A stretch of DNA of 64,000 nucleotides from Pseudomonadota bacterium (GTDB taxonomy: Bacteria; Pseudomonadota; Alphaproteobacteria; RF32; CAG-239), in contig JAUNIW010000003.1 of the NCBI GenBank assembly GCA_030523245.1, forward strand, positions 1,023 through 65,022, written 5' to 3'. The translations under genes were made by a program, and so were the position numbers. Below the pieces are notes generated by a model. That model had not been told where the DNA came from. It saw only the letters and a list, made by a program, of their open reading frames with translations, and ran no database searches. Each line of letters begins with the position of its first letter. Position 1 is the stretch's first letter. Positions 24,772 through 35,565 of this stretch are shown in pieces.

Positions 24772-26735
24772 CGGCCGGATTTATCCTTTATATTGCTGTA
24801 AATCTGGTTGACAACATTATTTGTTTTTTGTGAGAAATTCTCAAAAGATTTACTGCCGAAAACTTTATCTTTCCACTCATTGAGTCTTTGTTTTCTGGCT
24901 TGTACATCTTCTCTTGACATAGAATTTTCGGCTTTGATGGCTTCAAGTTGTCCGGCAGCCGCTTCAATAGGCGATTGGGTGTTCATTTCGCGTGCGGCCG
25001 AATTCAAATCATGAGGCTGCTCTCTTTTATAAGTATCGTAGATGAGGGCATCTCCTAATTTATCCATATCTGAAAGTCTTGAGAATTCTTTGTAACTTTT
25101 CTTTGATTCGTCAGATAAAGGTTTGTTTGAATTAGATTCTTCTTGAGCGGCATTTTTATCCAAATCAACAGACAGATGTTGCCGGCAGTCTTCGATTCTT
25201 TCCATATATGATGTCAGATAAGCTGCGGTAAAATCAGCCTTTTTCTGTTCAATTTGTTTAGGATCGGTTATGCCTTCTTTTTTCATTCTTAATTCTACAT
25301 ACAATGCACCTTTTTCCAGATTTTCCTGCAGTTCGATTTTTCTCTTCAGCGTTCTTTTTTGCAGGTCGGCATGTACTTCTGCATCACTCAAATCAAGGGT
25401 TTGTTCTATCTTTCCCTTATTTGCTTTTTCATAAATAAAGTCAACAGCAGCAGCCGTACTGCTCAGACGGTCGATTGTGCTGTTGACCTGCTGAACTTGG
25501 TCAGAATTTTTTAATAGAGAGTCGATTTTGTTTTTCAATTGCTGCGGATTAGCTTTATATTCCTGCTTTAATTTCTCAACAAAAGAGTTTGCCTGAGGGT
25601 TGTTCATATCAATTTGCTGCCATTGGGCATTCGGATTGCCCAGATTCCGGCTGATTTCATTCCACATAGCACGGCGCTGATTGTTCGAAGCTTCATATTG
25701 GTTATGCAGTTGTGCCGGACTTTGGAATAGAATCTTCCGACCTTTTTGAGCAAAGTCTTCTGAATTCTGTTTTTTCTGGTTTTGCTTTGCTTTTTGCATT
25801 TTATTAAAATTTTTAAGAGATTTTTCGCAAAGAGCATCAACACCGGCACAGGCCAATCCGACTGATTTATTGATGGTCCAGCTCAAAGCAGCCAAAAACC
25901 ATTCATTATACATATATTCAATAATATCTTGTTCTCTGATTCGGCTGCCTTCATAACCGCTGCCTTTTTTCTTGTCTTCTTCCGGAGCATCTTCAACAGT
26001 GGCTTCGTTTATATCGTCTTTATTTTCAGGTTTTTGTTCTGTTTTGACTTTTAAAGCTTCTTTTTGTTTTAAATTCACTTTCAACGGAGCCTTTTCCTGC
26101 CCGCCGACTTGTAAACCGTTTTCCTCATCATTGACGGATACATGCAACGCATTGGATTTGCCGTTTCTGCCAAGAGGATTTGAATTTCCGTCGGCATCTC
26201 TGGTAACACTGAGAAGTGCAATATTTTCAATTGTTTCCCCTTTTGCATTTGGCTGATTCATCGGTACGCCGAGTTCTTCCATTTTTGCAAGGGCGTCCGT
26301 ATATTTTTCATGGTTTTGTTGAAATATCTGCTGGTCACTTTCCGGCAGATTCGGGTCAGGTGCGCGGTCAATATTTGCTTTATCATAGGCGGCAACAGCC
26401 TGTTTTGCTACAAAAGAAGCGAAAGTTTCACCGTCTTCGGGATTTTGGGAGCTTAAAAAAGCTTCTAATTGGGCGCTGTCAATAAGACCGTAAGCTTCCA
26501 TGCTTTTTAATTTTTGCAGAGTTGTCATCATTTTATCAACAGGAACCAGTCCCATGCTTTTTTCATCTTTGGCTCTGGGCGGAAAAGTGTGTTTTATAAA
26601 TTCTTCGGAATTCAATAAATTCGGGGCCTTATTGATAATTGCGGCAAGATCTTCTATGGAGGCATCATTTTTAAGCGCTTCAAAAAATTCGGCAACAACT
26701 TTTTTTTCGTCCAGTTGTTTAATATCCTCAGCCAT
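24768..26735 (-). CDS. Operon orf2: large hypothetical protein (~655 aa) with Q/N/K/E-rich coiled-coil C-terminal half
   Basis: The ATG at 26735 is preferred because AAGGAG lies 8 nt upstream; the track start is 26768. No family recognised. Confidence 0.6.
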   Translation of the reverse strand: MAEDIKQLDEKKVVAEFFEALKNDASIEDLAAIINKAPNLLNSEEFIKHTFPPRAKDEKSMGLVPVDKMMTTLQKLKSMEAYGLIDSAQLEAFLSSQNPEDGETFASFVAKQAVAAYDKANIDRAPDPNLPESDQQIFQQNHEKYTDALAKMEELGVPMNQPNAKGETIENIALLSVTRDADGNSNPLGRNGKSNALHVSVNDEENGLQVGGQEKAPLKVNLKQKEALKVKTEQKPENKDDINEATVEDAPEEDKKKGSGYEGSRIREQDIIEYMYNEWFLAALSWTINKSVGLACAGVDALCEKSLKNFNKMQKAKQNQKKQNSEDFAQKGRKILFQSPAQLHNQYEASNNQRRAMWNEISRNLGNPNAQWQQIDMNNPQANSFVEKLKQEYKANPQQLKNKIDSLLKNSDQVQQVNSTIDRLSSTAAAVDFIYEKANKGKIEQTLDLSDAEVHADLQKRTLKRKIELQENLEKGALYVELRMKKEGITDPKQIEQKKADFTAAYLTSYMERIEDCRQHLSVDLDKNAAQEESNSNKPLSDESKKSYKEFSRLSDMDKLGDALIYDTYKREQPHDLNSAAREMNTQSPIEAAAGQLEAIKAENSMSREDVQARKQRLNEWKDKVFGSKSFENFSQKTNNVVNQIYSNIKDKSGR

Positions 26736-26808
26736 CTTTATTACTCCTTTATAAATATATGATATCAATATACCATAAAAAAATATTTTTGTCTATATTG
26801 TTTTTTAA

Positions 26809-27783
26809 CTAAACTTTGAGTCTTTTCAAAAAGTTACCGATTTCCAAATTGATGCGGATACCGTCCTGAGGCGTCACTTTCAACAATCCGAACCAGCGCG
26901 GTTTGATTTTACTGAAATCAATCGGCGCAAAAATAGCCGGATTTGTGGTCAGAGCCTGAAAGGCACCGTTTACATCTTTTTGTGCCACACGGAAATAATT
27001 GCTTATAAGGCGGTCGGCATCGACCGGAAAATTCTTTTGGGCCAATGCTTCGGTAAATTTGCGTTGTCTTTCTTTTCGGGCCAGATATTCTTCATACATC
27101 AGGCGTTTAATGTGTTTTTCCTGATATTTTATAAATTTGGCCTGATAAGACAATTCGCAGCTTTCGATATCAATCAGGATTTCAACATAAGAGATAACAG
27201 CCAGTTGTAAATCTGCATTCGGAAGATTTTCAGCCAGATTCAATAAGGCTTCATCTGACGATTTAAGCGGAAAATTTCCGAGTTCCTTTGGAAACATTTT
27301 TGTCAGCAGCAGCCACCCGTTGACAACATCGTCAGACAGAATTTTACCGGTGCTGGGTTTATAATTCGGATACAAATCATCAATTTCAAAAGAACATTGA
27401 TACGATTCGTTTAAATAAATACCCGCCAGTTTGTTTACGGAATTATAAAAATTTAAAAAGGCCTGAGCCAGTTCCGATTCGTCACTGCCGAGCATCGGCT
27501 GGTTTTGACTCTCCTGAGCTTCCGTTTTGGCATCTTGAAGCGATGAAACCAAAGCAGCATCCAGATCTTCATCGGTTATTGTGGCGTTAATCTCCTGTCC
27601 TTCCGGACTGAGCTGGGCAGCATAGTCAACAACCTCGGTATCATTATTTTTGGCCGGCATGTTTGAAACATGAGTATTCTCGTCCGTAGCGGAGCTGTCC
27701 GGTTCATCATCTCCGGCATCATTGATAAAGCTGTTAAGCAGTTTTTCAAAATCATCATCTTCTAAAATATCATTATCAGCCAT
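26809..27783 (-). CDS. Operon orf1: hypothetical protein (~324 aa) with strongly acidic N-terminus
   Basis: The ATG at 27783 (MADNDILEDDDFEKLL) is preceded by AGGAG. The track ORF extends to 28221, but that part runs antisense through rluD and is unlikely to be translated. Confidence 0.6.
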   Translation of the reverse strand: MADNDILEDDDFEKLLNSFINDAGDDEPDSSATDENTHVSNMPAKNNDTEVVDYAAQLSPEGQEINATITDEDLDAALVSSLQDAKTEAQESQNQPMLGSDESELAQAFLNFYNSVNKLAGIYLNESYQCSFEIDDLYPNYKPSTGKILSDDVVNGWLLLTKMFPKELGNFPLKSSDEALLNLAENLPNADLQLAVISYVEILIDIESCELSYQAKFIKYQEKHIKRLMYEEYLARKERQRKFTEALAQKNFPVDADRLISNYFRVAQKDVNGAFQALTTNPAIFAPIDFSKIKPRWFGLLKVTPQDGIRINLEIGNFLKRLKV

Positions 27784-27847
27784 TTTTTTCTCCTGAAATC
27801 GGATAAAATCTTTGACTTGCATTTGCGGGCAAGACTTATTAAGGTGC

Positions 27848-27855
27848 ATTATAAT
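27848..27855. promoter_or_regulatory. Palindromic ATTATAAT giving a TATAAT -10 hexamer on both strands of the divergent intergenic region
   Basis: Sits in the 98-bp gap between orf1 (minus) and rluD (plus). No convincing -35 on either side. A nearby 5-bp inverted repeat CTTGC...GCAAG lies at 27816-27833. Confidence 0.3.
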
Positions 27856-27881
27856 ACACTGATACTTAAAAAAGGCTAAAA

Positions 27882-28859
27882 ATGAATAACGAAGAAACAA
27901 TATATTCAACTCCCGAAGCGTCTCCGGCCGATAAAAATTTACGTCTGGATAAATTTTTGGCGCAAAATCTGCCGGATTTTTCCCGTTCACAGCTGCAGCG
28001 TCTGATAGCGGAGGGCAATGTTTTACAAGACGATATCGTGATATCGGATAATGCTTATAAAGTAAAAACGGGCGATGTTTTTCAGATAAGCGTACCGCCG
28101 GCAGCCGAAGCAGAACCGCCGGCGGAGGATATTCCGTTAAATATTGTTTATGAAGATGAAGACTTGCTGGTTGTAAACAAGCCGGCCGGAATGACGGTTC
28201 ATCCGGCAGCCGGTGTTTCACGTGGAACGCTTGTTAATGCTCTTTTATACCATTGTCGGAACAGTTTGTCCGGAATCGGCGGCATCAAACGCCCCGGCAT
28301 TGTTCACCGGATTGACAGGGAAACCAGTGGTTTGCTTGTTGTTGCCAAAAATGATGCCGCCCATCGGTTTTTGAGTGAGCAATTTGCCGAACACTCAATC
28401 GAACGGACTTATTTGGCTGTGGTGTACGGGGTTTTGCAACCGCTTAACGGCCGGATTGAAGGTAATATCGGCAGAAGTCCGGCAGACCGTAAGAAAATGG
28501 CGGTCGTGCAAAACGGCGGTAAGTTTGCGGCGACAAATTATAAGACATTGCAAATATTCAAAAAAGCAGCGTCTTTGGTGCAGTGCAATTTGGAAACAGG
28601 CCGGACTCATCAAATTCGCGTACACTTAACAAGTGTAGGAAACCCTCTGATAGGTGACAGCGTTTATGTAAAGAACCGTAAAACGGCTGTGTCCCTGCCG
28701 TCAGAATTGAAAAAATATGTAAACGATTTCCCTCGTCAGGCCTTGCACGCAAAGAGTTTAGGCTTTATTCATCCGCGAACGAAAAATTTTATGCAGTTTG
28801 ATTCTGAACTGCCGGAAGATATGAAAGAACTGCTAGAAAGGCTGATACAATCAAGTTAG
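27882..28859 (+). CDS. rluD: 23S rRNA pseudouridine synthase, RluA family (RluD-like) with N-terminal S4 domain
   Basis: Catalytic motif HRIDRETSGLLVVAK, HQIRVHL, an S4-like N-terminus (LRLDKFLAQ) and a 325-aa length. Confidence 0.9.
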   Translation: MNNEETIYSTPEASPADKNLRLDKFLAQNLPDFSRSQLQRLIAEGNVLQDDIVISDNAYKVKTGDVFQISVPPAAEAEPPAEDIPLNIVYEDEDLLVVNKPAGMTVHPAAGVSRGTLVNALLYHCRNSLSGIGGIKRPGIVHRIDRETSGLLVVAKNDAAHRFLSEQFAEHSIERTYLAVVYGVLQPLNGRIEGNIGRSPADRKKMAVVQNGGKFAATNYKTLQIFKKAASLVQCNLETGRTHQIRVHLTSVGNPLIGDSVYVKNRKTAVSLPSELKKYVNDFPRQALHAKSLGFIHPRTKNFMQFDSELPEDMKELLERLIQSS

Positions 28860-28891
28860 TTTTTTGTTAAAAAATAAAACTAAAGTATAGG

Positions 28892-28920
28892 TTGTTAGTT
28901 AAATTTTTCACTTATATCAT
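28892..28920 (+). promoter_or_regulatory. Putative sigma70-type promoter upstream of rpoH
   Basis: -35 TTGTTA (28892-28897), a 17-nt spacer and -10 TATCAT (28915-28920), about 30 nt upstream of the rpoH ATG. Confidence 0.35.
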
Positions 28921-28952
28921 AAAGTCGAACAACTAATAAGGGAAACAAAAGT

Positions 28953-29828
28953 ATGAAAAATTTAACAGCACTTACAGGATTGGATTTCTCGCCGGAAATC
29001 AACTTGGCGCGTTATCTGCAGAATATTCGTAAATACCCGATATTAACACAGGAAGAAGAATATAAGCTGGCAACAAAATATAAAGAAACCGGCAATAAAG
29101 ATATTGCCTATCAGCTTATTACCTCTCATTTGCGTTTGGTTGTCAAAGTTGTATCCCGCTACAAAGGCTATGGTTTGCCGGTCAGCGAGATGATTTCCGA
29201 AGGCAATATGGGATTGCTGTATGCCGTTGATAAATTTGAGCCGGATAAAGGTTTCCGTTTTTCAACTTATGCGCTGTGGTGGATAAAGGCTTCCGTCCAG
29301 AAATATATTTTGAACTCCTGGTCGTTGGTTAAATTGGGAACAACGGCAGCCCAAAAGAAATTATTTTTTAATTTGCGGAAAATAAAAAATAATTTAAATC
29401 TGGTCGATGATCGTGAATTGTCGTCGGACGTTTTGAAAGATATTGCCCGCTCGCTCGATGTCAGCGTGCAGGATGTTACGGAAATGAATATGCGTCTGAA
29501 AGCACATGACGGTTCATTGAATTCGCCGGTTGACAGCGATTCTGACCATACGGCGGAATGGATGGACTTTATTTCGGACGGCAAACCGAACCAAGAGGAG
29601 CGGTATGCCTATAAAGAAACAATGTGCTATCGTCGTCGTTTGTTTAATCAGGCCATAACGGTTTTGAATCCGCGGGAAAAAGATATTCTTTTTAAGCGCC
29701 GGATGAGTGACGAATGCATGACTCTTGAGGATCTCAGTCAGGCTTACAATATTTCCAAAGAGAGAGTTCGCCAGATAGAGTTGAATTCTATTCGTAAAAT
29801 TTCCAAGGCTATAGAGGTTATGCAATAA
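28953..29828 (+). CDS. rpoH: RNA polymerase heat-shock sigma factor RpoH (sigma-32)
   Basis: RpoH box QKKLFFNLRKIK plus sigma-70 regions 2 and 4 (LRLVVKVV, ERVRQIE). 291 aa. Confidence 0.93.
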   Translation: MKNLTALTGLDFSPEINLARYLQNIRKYPILTQEEEYKLATKYKETGNKDIAYQLITSHLRLVVKVVSRYKGYGLPVSEMISEGNMGLLYAVDKFEPDKGFRFSTYALWWIKASVQKYILNSWSLVKLGTTAAQKKLFFNLRKIKNNLNLVDDRELSSDVLKDIARSLDVSVQDVTEMNMRLKAHDGSLNSPVDSDSDHTAEWMDFISDGKPNQEERYAYKETMCYRRRLFNQAITVLNPREKDILFKRRMSDECMTLEDLSQAYNISKERVRQIELNSIRKISKAIEVMQ

Positions 29829-29901
29829 TATCGTTCTCTTGAAAAGTGTTTTTTTTCGCATATCTAGAGTCAGACTGAATGTATCGGGAGGCTTTGATAA
29901 A

Positions 29902-31023
29902 ATGAAGAAAGACAGCTATAAAAATTGGATTATTACGTTTTTATTGTTAATTATTATTTCCGGAGGCTATGTTTTATACAGGTTAAACCACAATGTTCCG
30001 GCCGAAAAAACAAAAAGTGAAGCTGCTGTTGTTTTGGATGCGCAGCCCGCACATCCGCAAGATATAACGGTTTCTCAGGGTTTTATCGGCCGGGTGGTTG
30101 CCGTAAACAGTGTTAATCTGGTACCGTATTTGAGCGGTTATATTGAATCTATACCGGTTAACAGCGGCCAGCCGGTTGAAAAGGGTGATGTTCTGATTGT
30201 TTTGCGTCAGGACGAATATAAGGCTGCCTATGCCTCGGCCTATGCCGCTGTTCTTTCAAGTAATGCTGATTTGCAAAATGCCGAAAAACAATACCAGAGA
30301 TTATTAAAGGCCGGAAATAAGGCTGTTTCCCAAACGGAATTGGATAATGCGCAAACAGCTTATCTGACGGCACAAGCTGCAGCAAAACAAGCGGAAGCAG
30401 CTTTTGAAACAGCACGTATCAATTTGAATTATACATTGGTCAGAGCACCGTTTGACGGGGTATTGGGAAATATTGATGCCTCTGTCGGCGCTTTTATTTC
30501 TCCGTCAACAAACAATCTGGTTCGTATTGTACAGTATGATCCGGCCCGTGTTGCTTTTTCGGTAACGGATAAAGAATTTCTGCAAAGAGAAAATATTTTG
30601 GAAGACAAAGCTGTCTTATGGCTTGCCGATGGCAGTAAATATCCGCATGCCGGCAAAATTGTTTATACGGAAAATGCTTTGGATCAAAGCACAAATACCT
30701 TGGTTTTATATGCCGAATTTGCTAATCCTCAGCAAAAACTGATACCCAATGCCTATGTAAAGATTTTTTTGGAACATGTTTATAAACAAGTGATTGTGCT
30801 GCCGAAACGGTTGCTTCAGTTTAAAGATGACGGAAGCTATGCTTATGTGGTTCGGCAGGGAGTTGTTGAGCTTGTTCCGGTAGAAATTTTGGCGGAACAG
30901 GAAGATAATTATGTGCTGAAAAACACTTTCCTGCCGGAAGATTATATTGTTTTGCAGGATATTGATGCAAATCTTCTGGGTAAAAAGGTACAAACAGCTT
31001 CACAAAAAACCGGGGAGATGTAG
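29902..31023 (+). CDS. RND efflux periplasmic adaptor (membrane fusion protein, AcrA/MexA family)
   Basis: N-terminal TM/signal segment, a coiled-coil hairpin region, a [10 protein letters not shown] lipoyl/beta-barrel motif, and position immediately upstream of the RND pump. The ATG at 29902 follows GGGAGG. Confidence 0.85.
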   Translation: MKKDSYKNWIITFLLLIIISGGYVLYRLNHNVPAEKTKSEAAVVLDAQPAHPQDITVSQGFIGRVVAVNSVNLVPYLSGYIESIPVNSGQPVEKGDVLIVLRQDEYKAAYASAYAAVLSSNADLQNAEKQYQRLLKAGNKAVSQTELDNAQTAYLTAQAAAKQAEAAFETARINLNYTLVRAPFDGVLGNIDASVGAFISPSTNNLVRIVQYDPARVAFSVTDKEFLQRENILEDKAVLWLADGSKYPHAGKIVYTENALDQSTNTLVLYAEFANPQQKLIPNAYVKIFLEHVYKQVIVLPKRLLQFKDDGSYAYVVRQGVVELVPVEILAEQEDNYVLKNTFLPEDYIVLQDIDANLLGKKVQTASQKTGEM

Positions 31024-31025
31024 TC

Positions 31026-34000
31026 ATGTTTTCTGCGTTTTTTATTGAACGGCCGCGTTTTGCCATTGTTCTTTCCATTGTTTTGATAATTCTCGGTTTG
31101 CTGGCATTGGCAGTGCTGCCGGTTGCCCAATATCCGGAAATTACACCGCCGCAGATTGTGGTTTCTACCACCTATGCGGGCGCCGGTGCAAAAGTATTGA
31201 CGGATACGGTTGCCGTGCCGATAGAAAACGAAATAAACGGTGTTGAAAATATGTTGTATATGTCATCTTCTTCTGATGACAACGGTACCTATACGCTGAC
31301 GGTAACATTTGATGTCGGTACGGATGCCGATATTGCGCAGGTGAAGGTGCAAAATCGTTTGCAACAGGTTACATCCGAACTGCCGGATGAAGTAAATCAA
31401 TACGGTATAAGCGTTAAGACGCAAAATCCGAATATTCTGGCCTTACTGGTTTTGCGTTCGCCAAATCATACATACGATGATTTGTTTTTAAGTAATTATG
31501 CTTACACAAATATAAAAAATGCCGTATCCCGTGTTAAAGGTGTGGGCGAAGTACAGATTTTTGGTCCGCAGTACAGTATGAGAATATGGCTGAATTCGGA
31601 TAAGCTCAATGCTTTGGGATTAAACAGTACGGATATTATGAATGCCGTAAAAAATCAGAATATTCAGGCTTCTGTCGGCAGTATCGGCGCGGCGCCAAGC
31701 GCCAAAAACAATAAAATGGTTCTTTCGCTGACAGCCAAAGGACTGCTTAACAGTGTGGCGGATTTTGAAAACATCGTTGTGGCTTCATCCGCAAACGGTG
31801 CACAGATATATTTGAAAGATGTTGCCAAAGTAGAATTGGGTGCAGATACGTATAACATCAAATCCGGATATAATAATGCACCGGCTTTGATTATGGCCAT
31901 CAATCAGCTGCCGAATTCAAATTCTCTGCAGATTATGGATAATTTAAAAAAGAAAATGGCAGAACTCTCGGATGTTTTGCCGGAAGATATGGAGTTTCAG
32001 GTCGCCTATGATTCGACAAACTATGTTCGCGCGTCCATTCAGAGTATTGTCGATACGCTGATTATAACTTTTCTGCTTGTTGTTTTGGTAACATATATAT
32101 TTTTGCAAAAACTGAAGACGACTCTGATTCCGTTATTGACAATACCGGTATCATTGATAGCCGCGTTTATCGTAATTTATTTATTGGGATTTAACATAAA
32201 CATTTTGACGCTGTTTGCGATGATTCTGGCAATCGGTTTGGTTGTTGATGATGCCATTATCGTGGTAGAACGCGTGCAATATTTGATTCTGAACAAAAAA
32301 CAAGATGCCAAAACAGCATCTGTAACGGCGATGCAGCAAATAGGCAGTGCTATTGTGGCAACAACATTTGTTTTGCTGGCTATTTTTGTTCCGGTTGGAT
32401 TGATGGCCGGAATTACCGGTAAAATTTATCAGCAATTTGCGGTCACTATTGCCACGGCAGTCGTTTTCTCGGCAATTAACGCGTTGACACTGAGCCCGGC
32501 TTTGTGTGCAATTTTCCTCAAAGGCGACGAAAATACCAAGCCGCATGCTTTTTTCCGGTGGTTTGATAATATATTGGATAAAAGCAAAACGCATTATCTT
32601 TCAGCGGTTGTTTATTTTTCGGAAAGAATGAAAGTGACGGTTTTGTGCGTTTTGGGTACAATAGGCTTGATTATTTTAGGCTTTATGCATACACCGACAT
32701 CGTTTTTACCGGAAGAGGATCAGGGTATTATTTTCAGTAATATTCAGCTGCCGGATACGGCGAGTATCAATGAAACAAACAGACTCTTGGCAGAAATGAA
32801 TGAGAAAATCCTGCAGACAAAAGGGGTCAAATATTTTATTTCGGTTGCCGGTTACAGTATGCTTGGCGGCAGCGGTGAAAACGTTGCGCTTGGCGTTATA
32901 GGTCTGGATGACTGGTCAGAGAGAACGTCGAAAAATCTGTCTATTGAAGGCATAAGCAGAGAATTAAGACAGCAGTTTGCCGCCCATAAAAAAGCAACCA
33001 TAAACTTTTTTGCGCCGCCGGCAATCCCCGGTGTCGGACAGAGTAACGGTATTTCTCTGGAATTCTTAACGGTAAACGGCAATACGACACCACAGCAGTT
33101 GTATACCCAGCTTATGGAATACCTGAAATCTGTTAATGAAAGCGGTTATTTTGATTATGCGTTTAGTACTTTTACGGCGCAGACACCGCATATTTATCTG
33201 GATATTGACCGGAAAAAACTGGAATATTATAAAGTACCTGTTGCTTCTTTGTTTGCGGCGTTGCAAAACAATCTGGGCTCACGCTACATCAATAACATAA
33301 CGTTAAGCGGTCAGGTCAATAAAGTTATCTTACAGGCGGATTATCAATATCGTAAGCAGTTGGAAGACATCGGTAATTTATATGTCCGGTCTACTGAGGG
33401 CAAGTTAATCCGGATAAACAGTTTTGCCGATATAAAAACCGAATTGTCGCCTAAAGTCATATACCGGTTTAACCAGTATACGTCGGCGGCAGTGACGGCA
33501 ATGTCCGGAAATAACATCAGCAGCGGTACGGCTTTGTCCGAGTTGGAGCGTTTGGAAAAACTTCTGCCGAAAGAATATTCGATTTGGTGGACGGGTTTAA
33601 GCCTGCAGGAGGTTGAAACCAGAGGTTTGGCCGTGATTTTAATTTCTCTGGCCGTTGTTTTCTGCTATTTGTTTCTGGTTGCCTTATATGAAAGCTGGCT
33701 TTTGGCGCTGTCGGTAATTTTCTCAACGGTTTTTGCCATTTTGGGGGCTTTGGCCGGATTATGGGTTATGGGACAGTCTTTGAGTATTTATGCGCAGCTG
33801 GGGCTGATTATGCTGATTGGTCTGGCCGCAAAAAATGCCATATTGATTGTGGAATTTACAAAAATGTATCGGGAACAGGGGCTGAGTATTGTCGAAGCGG
33901 CACGACGCGGCGCAGAAGAACGATATCGGGCGGTATTGATGACGGCGTTTACATTCATTTTGGGTGTTTTCCCGATGATTGTGGCTACCGGCGCGGGTGC

Positions 34001-34178
34001 AAGCTCCCAAATTTCCATCGGTTCGTCAGTGTTTTACGGAATGATTGCGGCAACTTTAGTCGGTATCATTTTTATTCCGCCGCTGTTTGCTTTCTTTGAA
34101 TATGTAAAAGAATACTTTATACCGGCAGCAGCTACCGTAAAAAAAGCTAAAAAAGGAGCAAAAAATGCACAGATATAA
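31026..34178 (+). CDS. RND multidrug efflux transporter (AcrB/MexB, HAE1 family)
   Basis: N-terminus [20 protein letters not shown], a 12-TM architecture with two large periplasmic loops, [10 protein letters not shown] and a 1050-aa length. Confidence 0.93.
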   Translation: MFSAFFIERPRFAIVLSIVLIILGLLALAVLPVAQYPEITPPQIVVSTTYAGAGAKVLTDTVAVPIENEINGVENMLYMSSSSDDNGTYTLTVTFDVGTDADIAQVKVQNRLQQVTSELPDEVNQYGISVKTQNPNILALLVLRSPNHTYDDLFLSNYAYTNIKNAVSRVKGVGEVQIFGPQYSMRIWLNSDKLNALGLNSTDIMNAVKNQNIQASVGSIGAAPSAKNNKMVLSLTAKGLLNSVADFENIVVASSANGAQIYLKDVAKVELGADTYNIKSGYNNAPALIMAINQLPNSNSLQIMDNLKKKMAELSDVLPEDMEFQVAYDSTNYVRASIQSIVDTLIITFLLVVLVTYIFLQKLKTTLIPLLTIPVSLIAAFIVIYLLGFNINILTLFAMILAIGLVVDDAIIVVERVQYLILNKKQDAKTASVTAMQQIGSAIVATTFVLLAIFVPVGLMAGITGKIYQQFAVTIATAVVFSAINALTLSPALCAIFLKGDENTKPHAFFRWFDNILDKSKTHYLSAVVYFSERMKVTVLCVLGTIGLIILGFMHTPTSFLPEEDQGIIFSNIQLPDTASINETNRLLAEMNEKILQTKGVKYFISVAGYSMLGGSGENVALGVIGLDDWSERTSKNLSIEGISRELRQQFAAHKKATINFFAPPAIPGVGQSNGISLEFLTVNGNTTPQQLYTQLMEYLKSVNESGYFDYAFSTFTAQTPHIYLDIDRKKLEYYKVPVASLFAALQNNLGSRYINNITLSGQVNKVILQADYQYRKQLEDIGNLYVRSTEGKLIRINSFADIKTELSPKVIYRFNQYTSAAVTAMSGNNISSGTALSELERLEKLLPKEYSIWWTGLSLQEVETRGLAVILISLAVVFCYLFLVALYESWLLALSVIFSTVFAILGALAGLWVMGQSLSIYAQLGLIMLIGLAAKNAILIVEFTKMYREQGLSIVEAARRGAEERYRAVLMTAFTFILGVFPMIVATGAGASSQISIGSSVFYGMIAATLVGIIFIPPLFAFFEYVKEYFIPAAATVKKAKKGAKNAQI

Positions 34179-35565
34179 GGTATATTCGTTCTTTTTATTA
34201 GGTCTGGGTGTTTCTGCCTGTACGGTCGGTCCGGATTATCAGGCGCCCGTGTTGTACAGCGATTCGGTTATAAAACAGGAACTCAGGCTTAAAAAACGCC
34301 ATCAACTGCCGAAAAACTGGTATGCCTTATTTGGTGATGAGCAGCTGAACCGGCTGATTGAGCTCGGATTGCAAAACAGTACGGATGTTGAAATTTCTTT
34401 TGCCCGCCTGCAACAGGCTCGTGCCTCATTAAAAATCAGTCAGGCTGCTTTTTTGCCGCAAATCAATGCACGGGGCGGATATAATTATGAGAAAAACAGT
34501 AAAAATATAGGAGCGGCAGTAAACAGCCATTATTATACGGCGGGTTTTGATGCTTCCTGGGAGCTGGATTTATGGGGAAAAGGCCGGCGTCAGGATGAAG
34601 CCGCTTTTGCCGAGGTTCTGGCCGGAGAATATTCGTTGGCAAATATAAAAACCGTGGTCACGGCAGAATTGGCTTCTAATTATATAAATTTGAAGCTTGC
34701 CGTAGAAAAATTAAGAATAGCCCGACAGAATGTTGCTTTGCAAAAGGATATTTTCGCCACGGTTCAGGCAAAATATAAAAACGGCCTAACCGATGAAATA
34801 GCGTATAATCAGGCTGAATATCTGCTGAACACGACAACAGCGCAAATACCGGCTTTGCAAAATGAAATAGAACAGTATAAAAATGCCTTAAGCGTTTTAG
34901 CCGGCGTTCTGCCTTCTCAGCTTCCTCTGGATGTCGAAAAACGTTCGCCGATATTTATGAACAATTATAAATATGATGTTGCCGCTTTGTATAATTTGCC
35001 GGCCTATGTTATCCGCAGCCGGCCGGATGTGGCCGCAGCAGAACAAAATCTGGTTGCTCAAAATGCTCTGATTGGTGCAGCAGTGGCAGATTTATATCCG
35101 GATGTCAGTGTTTCAGGACTCTGGGGATATGCTGCCGGCGGGGGAGGCAGTTTGTTTAATTCCAAAAGTCAGGGATATAATTACGCGCCTTTGATGACTT
35201 TGCCTCTTTTGGATTGGAACCGGCTGCAAAATCAGATTAAAAAGCAGGAATATGTCAAAGATGAAGCTCTGGCTCAATATAAGAAGACGGTTTTAACCGC
35301 TTTGTCCGAGCTGAAAAATGCGATGGAGTCTGTTCAAACAGAACTGAAGAGTAATCAAGCACAAACAAAGGCTTTGAGAAATATAGGAAAGGCTGCACAG
35401 GCTACCGCGGACAGATACCGGAACGGTTTAATTGAGTTTTCGGCTTTTCTGACGGTGGAGCAGGACCGTTTGCAGGCGCAGGGAAATTGTCTGGACAGTC
35501 AGGCTCGGATATTCCAAAATCTGGTATCGTATTATAAGGCCGGCGGCGGAGGCTATTTGCGGTAA
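34165..35565 (+). CDS. Outer-membrane efflux lipoprotein (NodT/OprM family)
   Basis: Lipobox LGVSAC followed by TVGPDY, and tandem OEP repeats. Overlaps the end of the RND gene. Confidence 0.88.
   Translation: MHRYKVYSFFLLGLGVSACTVGPDYQAPVLYSDSVIKQELRLKKRHQLPKNWYALFGDEQLNRLIELGLQNSTDVEISFARLQQARASLKISQAAFLPQINARGGYNYEKNSKNIGAAVNSHYYTAGFDASWELDLWGKGRRQDEAAFAEVLAGEYSLANIKTVVTAELASNYINLKLAVEKLRIARQNVALQKDIFATVQAKYKNGLTDEIAYNQAEYLLNTTTAQIPALQNEIEQYKNALSVLAGVLPSQLPLDVEKRSPIFMNNYKYDVAALYNLPAYVIRSRPDVAAAEQNLVAQNALIGAAVADLYPDVSVSGLWGYAAGGGGSLFNSKSQGYNYAPLMTLPLLDWNRLQNQIKKQEYVKDEALAQYKKTVLTALSELKNAMESVQTELKSNQAQTKALRNIGKAAQATADRYRNGLIEFSAFLTVEQDRLQAQGNCLDSQARIFQNLVSYYKAGGGGYLR

Noticed and set aside
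27784-28221. N-terminal 146-aa extension of the track ORF 26809..28221
   Set aside because: It runs antisense through the well-supported rluD gene and through the divergent intergenic region, and it has odd P/L/R-rich composition. A strong AGGAG plus ATG at 27783 gives a sensible start, so the extension is treated as a shadow-frame artefact.
29902-35565. Whether the adaptor/pump/outer-membrane trio could be secretion machinery functionally linked to the T4CP operon
   Set aside because: All three genes carry standard RND tripartite efflux hallmarks (MFP, 12-TM HAE1 pump, NodT/OprM lipoprotein). They are separated from the operon by rluD and rpoH, so this is ordinary efflux.
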